Shown: positions 59,572 to 64,000 of the stretch, piece after piece | How the letters are laid out: the number at the start of each line of letters is the position of its first letter | Position numbering within the stretch: position 1 is the first letter of the stretch | From: Acidiferrobacteraceae bacterium | GTDB taxonomy: Bacteria > Pseudomonadota > Gammaproteobacteria > Acidiferrobacterales > SZUA-150 | NCBI GenBank assembly: GCA_003228915.1 | Contig: QIGL01000003.1 | Location: 4,998 to 68,997 of the forward strand | DNA: 64,000 nt | Reading direction: 5' to 3' | Notes under the pieces: model-generated | Database searches by the model: none | Told to the model about the DNA's origin: nothing | The model's input: only the letters and a program-made list of their open reading frames with translations | Program-made: the position numbers and the translations under genes

Positions 59572-59808
59572 TGTTTAGGATTCCTTTGGATTTTATTCAA
59601 TGTTTCCTCGCTATGATTTAGAATTTTCTACGAGCTCGTTAAGCACTCTCAAAATTATCCCCGCAGATTCTGGCCGTGCTGTTTTTTATGATTTTATACA
59701 GAGCTATGTCAATTACCTGTTACCTGGCGCAGTCCGAGCGCAGGGCTTTTAGAAGTGATCTGTATTTACGAGAATAGCAGGTTTTGCAAGAGATAAACCT
59801 TAAGGTTT

Positions 59809-61040
59809 TCAGGCCGATGGTGTTGAATGTGGATCAACCACCTCATTGGCAAGACTTTGAGGCAAGAAGGGCAGAATTTTAATTGCAAAAGTTGCCGCTG
59901 CCAGGGCAATGCCGACGCCACCAATTCCGAGAAGAATTTCAGCCGGCGTCGCTGTGTAATTACCAGTTTGGCCGTCACCAAAACTACTGCTCACTTCCAT
60001 GCCAGGGAAGATTTGCAACGGGTATGCCTGACCGCCAATGATAATAACGTACAATTGTGCGAGCCCGCCAAATACAACAAGCAAGCAGCCAAACGATAAC
60101 ATTAGTCGTGATTTATAAAAAGCAGGCACATAAAAAATTAGCAGGGGAAGGAATAAGGCTGCCAATTAGAATTTGGTCAATCCAGAAAACTTTTGTATAG
60201 ATTCCGCCATCGATTAGAATGAACTTCTCAATTCCGCTATGTTCGGCGATATAGAGATTTGTCAAATGATAGACCAACACAAAATAAAGTACTGCAATAA
60301 CGAATATACCGAGTAATTTTCTAAGTCTGTTTACAACTACATCGCCGAGAGGTCTGCCAGTTAAATGGTACGTGGTAATTAAGTACACTAAAAATATTGC
60401 CAGGCCGAATGAAAATGACATAATAATAAACAGGGGCGCCATAATTGCAGCGTCATATGCAGAGCGAGCAACAAGAAAACCAAAAATAGAGCCAGTACCA
60501 GTGGTTAAGGTAAGCCGCCAAATGAAAGCGCCTACACCAGCTGCGCGATTATATTTTTTTAAATTATTTTGCATCATAGTCCAGATGTAGATGCCGACCA
60601 CAGCAATAAAACCTGAGTACAAAATCATATTCCAGGCAAATATGGATTTAAAATTATAAATTGTCATCGAGATGATCAGTCTGTCTGGCCTGCCAAGATC
60701 CAGTACGAGTATTGCCAGGCCACCAACTAGCAAAGTAATTGCCAGCAGCGCTGACAGTCGTGCCAGCGGTTTATACATTACTTTTCCAAACACAGATCCG
60801 ATTGAGGCAACATTTAATGGCAACATTTAATGCGCCAGAGGCGGCCACGATCAAAAATACGGCGAATACATGAGGTATGCCCCAGACGATTTGGTTGTTC
60901 ATGCCGGTTACATAGTGGCCGTTATGCTCCATATAGTATGTTGAGCCAAGCGCAGCAGCAATAAAAACACCAAATATTCCCAGCAGGGTCCAGTAACCGA
61001 AACTGGTGCCTTTGATCATGTCATAAGTTAGTGACTTCAT
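59809..61040 (-). pseudogene. dsrP: NrfD/PsrC-like integral membrane subunit DsrP, split into three ORFs by a 13-bp tandem duplication and a second +1 shift
   Basis: Three consecutive minus-strand ORFs (61040->60771, 60826->60113, 60165->59809) are all polytopic and NrfD-like. Deleting one copy of the 13-mer at 60806-60831 joins '...AASGALNVA' to 'SIGSVFGK...'. A second shift lies within 60116-60165. The repaired length is about 405 aa. Confidence 0.8.
60806..60831. repeat. Perfect 13-bp tandem duplication GGCAACATTTAAT x2 inside dsrP
   Basis: This is read directly: 60806-60818 and 60819-60831 are identical. Confidence 0.95.
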
Positions 61041-61086
61041 AATTATTGCATTTCCCGATTCTTGGTATTCACTATATAATTTGGCA

Positions 61087-61818
61087 CTACAAGCCCTGGT
61101 AACGTACACCAGTATTTAAATTTAAATCGCTGCGCAGTTGTCTGCTAGGTTCTGTCCTGCGCCGCCTGGAGATTTCAGTTTTTAAATCGTTAAGATCACC
61201 AAACAAGATAGCGTCATTCCCGAGTTCTGTGCAAGCTTCAGCGCATGCAGTATTGTTATCCCCGCGATCGATTTTATGAACACATAGCGTGCAGGACTCA
61301 ACCGTACCTTTACCTCTCGGGACATGGGATTTCTGATCAGTTATATCTTCATGAATAAATGATCGTGCCTTGTAAGGGCAGGCCATCATGCAATAACGAC
61401 AGCCAATACAAATATGTTTATCTACCAGGACAATACCGTCTGCTCTCTTGAATGAAGCGCCAGTTGGGCAAACATCAACACAAGGGGGTTCTTCACAGTG
61501 CTGGCACATCACAGGTAAAAAGTGTGTATACCCGGTTTCGGGGTCTTTGGCCGTGACCTTTCGAATCCACTGGGCATCAGTTTCAGGCCGATTATTACTG
61601 GTTATGCCGTGTTCTGTATGGCATGCATCAACACAGTATGAGCAGCCCTCAGCACATTTAGCGCTGTCAATCAGCAAGCCCCATCTCTTGGCTGTAGATG
61701 CAGCTTCTTCAGGACTGCGAGCTTGCGCTAGTTCAACCAGACGAATACCCGGTGCGATTGCAGCACCCGTTACAGCTGCTGCACCAGCCTGCATGAATTT
61801 GCGACGACTGATACTCAT
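61087..61818 (-). CDS. dsrO: Periplasmic 4Fe-4S ferredoxin-like subunit DsrO (Tat-exported)
   Basis: 243 aa with the twin-arginine signal 'SISRRKFMQAGAAA'. It has multiple CxxCxxCxxxCP-type cluster motifs ('CIGCRYCMMACP', 'CQHCEEPPCVDVCP'). Confidence 0.88.
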   Translation of the reverse strand: MSISRRKFMQAGAAAVTGAAIAPGIRLVELAQARSPEEAASTAKRWGLLIDSAKCAEGCSYCVDACHTEHGITSNNRPETDAQWIRKVTAKDPETGYTHFLPVMCQHCEEPPCVDVCPTGASFKRADGIVLVDKHICIGCRYCMMACPYKARSFIHEDITDQKSHVPRGKGTVESCTLCVHKIDRGDNNTACAEACTELGNDAILFGDLNDLKTEISRRRRTEPSRQLRSDLNLNTGVRYQGL

Positions 61819-62252
61819 TGGTGTGGGTTCCCTTTGTTATCGTCTTTATTACTGACCGAAGTTTTTACATCGCGTTTGTCAGTGTGACAACTGAAGCAAT
61901 CAATCTTAACTGCAGCGTAGGTGTGACAGCTTTCACAAAAACCTTCTTTTCCGAGCACGCTGTTTGTATTCTCATCGGCATGGCAGTTGACACAATTTTT
62001 TAAACTGTATTGTTTGGTCCTGATTCCATCGTACACGGTCAAATCACGCTGGTGCAGGATTTTGTTCATGTGATTGCGGCGCATTTCGTCTGTATCATCA
62101 ACGCACTGACCGGGCTTAGTAATTTTAATAATTGGCAGCGGTGTCCGAATAGTATCCGACTTGTCAGTATTTCCAGCATTGGCAGCAACAGAAATACCCG
62201 TTGACGTAAAGCCAAACAATAGTACGAAAAGTATTAGAAATCTTGTCATCAT
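61815..62252 (-). CDS. dsrJ: Triheme cytochrome c DsrJ
   Basis: 145 aa with a signal peptide and three CxxCH motifs (CVNCH, CESCH, CFSCH), plus an upstream conserved Cys ('GQCVDD'). It overlaps dsrO by 4 nt. Confidence 0.88.
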   Translation of the reverse strand: MMTRFLILFVLLFGFTSTGISVAANAGNTDKSDTIRTPLPIIKITKPGQCVDDTDEMRRNHMNKILHQRDLTVYDGIRTKQYSLKNCVNCHADENTNSVLGKEGFCESCHTYAAVKIDCFSCHTDKRDVKTSVSNKDDNKGNPHQ

Positions 62253-62280
62253 CAGATTTTATTTCCTTTAATGATCGCTC

Positions 62281-64000
62281 TTAATGATCGCCGAGCCCCA
62301 TTTTGATATAACCAGTAGGGCAGACGTCAGCACAAATATGACAGCCAATACAACGATCATAATCCGTATAAACATAACGACCCATGGTCGAATGTTCTTT
62401 TGGTGTACGCTTTACAGCTTCCTGCGGACAATAAATAACGCAGTTATCACACTCAAAACACATACCACAGCTCATACATCGTTTAGCTTCGGCAATTGTT
62501 GCTTCTTCACTCAGGCCGGCAACGCGTTCTTCGAAGTGACCCAGAACCTGGCTTGAATCAGGGACAGTCTCAACACGTTTATTGCGATCTTCATGTTCAA
62601 AATGACCAAGGAATAATTCAGTCGATGCAACAATTTCGGCATTACCACGATCTTCGTAGTTATGGACGGCATAATCATCATCTATAGTGCCACGCAAACC
62701 ACGATCGATAGCACGCTCGTCATCTGGACCAGCTGGTTTGTATTCATCTGGCGTGTGATTTGTCTCACGTAATTTATCGAGTAAATCAAAATGGTGAACA
62801 TCGACCTTGGGTCGTTTGACCATTTCTTCATGTTTCAGATAATGATCAATGCTGATTGCTGCAATTGATGCCTGACCAATTACGGTCGTTAACAAATGTG
62901 GGCGGATAATATCACCACAGGCAAAAAATCCTGGTTTGTCAGGCATTTGATAATGTTTGTCGGCATCCATCAGGCCGCGTTCGTTACCAAATCCTTCCAG
63001 GCCTTCCATATTACCTGTTTGGCCAATAGCTGACACGATAAGGTCGCACTCGATATCGAATTCAGATCCTTCTACTACCACTGCTTTGCCTGATGAGTAA
63101 TCCATTTTAGCAACACGGAGTGCAGTTGCACGGCCATCATCGTCAATGATGACTTCAACCGGGCTAAGTGAGCCCTGAATTTCGACACCTTCTCGTGTGG
63201 CATCGTCAATTTCGTGTTTAGCTGCAGTCATGCCTTCAATTGGCTGGCGAGAAATCAGCATGACATCAGCGCCTTCACGTGAAGCAATTTCAGCTACATC
63301 ATGGGCGGTGTGTCCAAGGACGATGTTTTCGGGACGGTCTTTATCATGGATGTTAGTGATGCGGCCAAGTCGTCGAGCAACAGATACGACGTCGATAGAG
63401 GTATCACCACCACCGACGACTACAACTTTGCCGGCAACAGTTTTAAGTCGGCCTTCATTAAATGCAGACAGGAATGCAACACCTGAGACACAGTTTGTGA
63501 CTTTGTCTGCATTAGGAATAGGTAACGCGCGTCCGGATTGGGCGCCGATTGCAAATAACACGGCATCAAAATCTTTTTCCAGCTGTTTAATTGAAATATC
63601 TTTACCGATACGTGTATTCATGCGTTTCTCAACACCCATATCAATAATGCGATCCATTTCACCATCGAGCACGTCTCGAGGAGTACGATAACCAGGAATG
63701 CCATAACGCATCATGCCACCCAGGTCTTTATGGTCATCAAACAAAGTAACACCATGGCCCATACGACGAAGCTGGTAAGCAGCAGCAAGTCCGGCAGGAC
63801 CGCCACCAATAACGGCAACTTTTTTACCTGATTCTTTACCGGCAGTGAATGCCAGTTTATTAGTCAGAGCCCAATCGCCAATAAATTGTTCAACCGAATT
63901 AATGCCAACAAAGTCTTCTACTTCGTTGCGATTACAACCGTCTTCACAGGGAGCAGGGCAAACACGACCCATTACTGATGGAAATGGGTTGGCGTCAGTT
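62281..64000 (-). CDS. dsrL: DsrL (GltD-like NAD(P)H:acceptor oxidoreductase with a C-terminal 2x[4Fe-4S] ferredoxin domain); 5' end lies outside the window
   Basis: The frame stays open upstream of the M at 63972 to the window edge ('..TDANPFPSVMGRVCPAPCEDGCN'). It has FAD/NAD folds ('VAVIGGGPAGLAAA', 'VVVVGGGDTSID'). The C-terminus has 'CMSCGMCFECDNCVIYCP' and 'CIGCHICADVCP'. Confidence 0.88.
   Translation of the reverse strand, partial: TDANPFPSVMGRVCPAPCEDGCNRNEVEDFVGINSVEQFIGDWALTNKLAFTAGKESGKKVAVIGGGPAGLAAAYQLRRMGHGVTLFDDHKDLGGMMRYGIPGYRTPRDVLDGEMDRIIDMGVEKRMNTRIGKDISIKQLEKDFDAVLFAIGAQSGRALPIPNADKVTNCVSGVAFLSAFNEGRLKTVAGKVVVVGGGDTSIDVVSVARRLGRITNIHDKDRPENIVLGHTAHDVAEIASREGADVMLISRQPIEGMTAAKHEIDDATREGVEIQGSLSPVEVIIDDDGRATALRVAKMDYSSGKAVVVEGSEFDIECDLIVSAIGQTGNMEGLEGFGNERGLMDADKHYQMPDKPGFFACGDIIRPHLLTTVIGQASIAAISIDHYLKHEEMVKRPKVDVHHFDLLDKLRETNHTPDEYKPAGPDDERAIDRGLRGTIDDDYAVHNYEDRGNAEIVASTELFLGHFEHEDRNKRVETVPDSSQVLGHFEERVAGLSEEATIAEAKRCMSCGMCFECDNCVIYCPQEAVKRTPKEHSTMGRYVYTDYDRCIGCHICADVCPTGYIKMGLGDH

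Overview
This 64-kb window looks like core chromosome of a gammaproteobacterium, probably a sulfur oxidiser. About 58 protein genes, one tRNA, several intrinsic terminators and a small REP-like repeat family can be supported. No CRISPR array, rRNA, integrase or transposase is visible.

Layout, left to right:
- 371-15548: a conserved housekeeping block, gyrA-serC-serA-pheA-hisC-tyrA-aroA-cmk-rpsA-ihfB-lapAB-pyrF-comEA.
- 15847-27254: an LPS and nucleotide-sugar block (hldA, hldD, a UDP-GlcA epimerase, manC, wbpK/L/M-like genes, ugd, cysC, galU).
- 27255-35301: hpt, an MTAP-family phosphorylase, def, mfd, carD, ispDF.
- 35343-40221: a small accessory patch holding a secreted beta-helix protein, an orphan PhnD-like binding protein, a Sel1 protein and about 600 bp of AT-rich ORF-free DNA.
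- 40302-48992: trxB, ftsK, lolA, rarA, crcB, a DUF190 gene, serS and yccA.
- 49434-51739: tRNA-Ser followed by GC-rich material.
- 52858-64000: cysG, a NarL/NarX-type two-component system, and the distal half of a reverse dissimilatory sulfite reductase cluster on the minus strand (dsrL-J-O-P, a YbiB/TrpD2-like gene, dsrN, dsrR). dsrL runs off the window edge.

Most notable observations:
1. Three reading-frame disruptions cluster within about 3.4 kb of the dsr cluster, while every other gene in the window looks full length. dsrP carries a perfect 13-bp tandem duplication plus a 1-nt shift. dsrN carries a shift at a G5 run.
2. A YbiB/TrpD2-like putative nucleic-acid-binding gene sits between dsrP and dsrN.
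3. A roughly 380-bp element of about 56% GC lies just after tRNA-Ser. It is rich in hairpins, has no credible ORF, and is bracketed by two near-identical terminator hairpins.
4. A secreted CSLREA, beta-helix and DUF11-type protein ends in a 'CFIATAAYGS' tail.
5. A histidine kinase with a cysteine-rich GAF domain lies beside the dsr genes.

All functional calls come from reading the translated ORFs against remembered family motifs. No database search was run.
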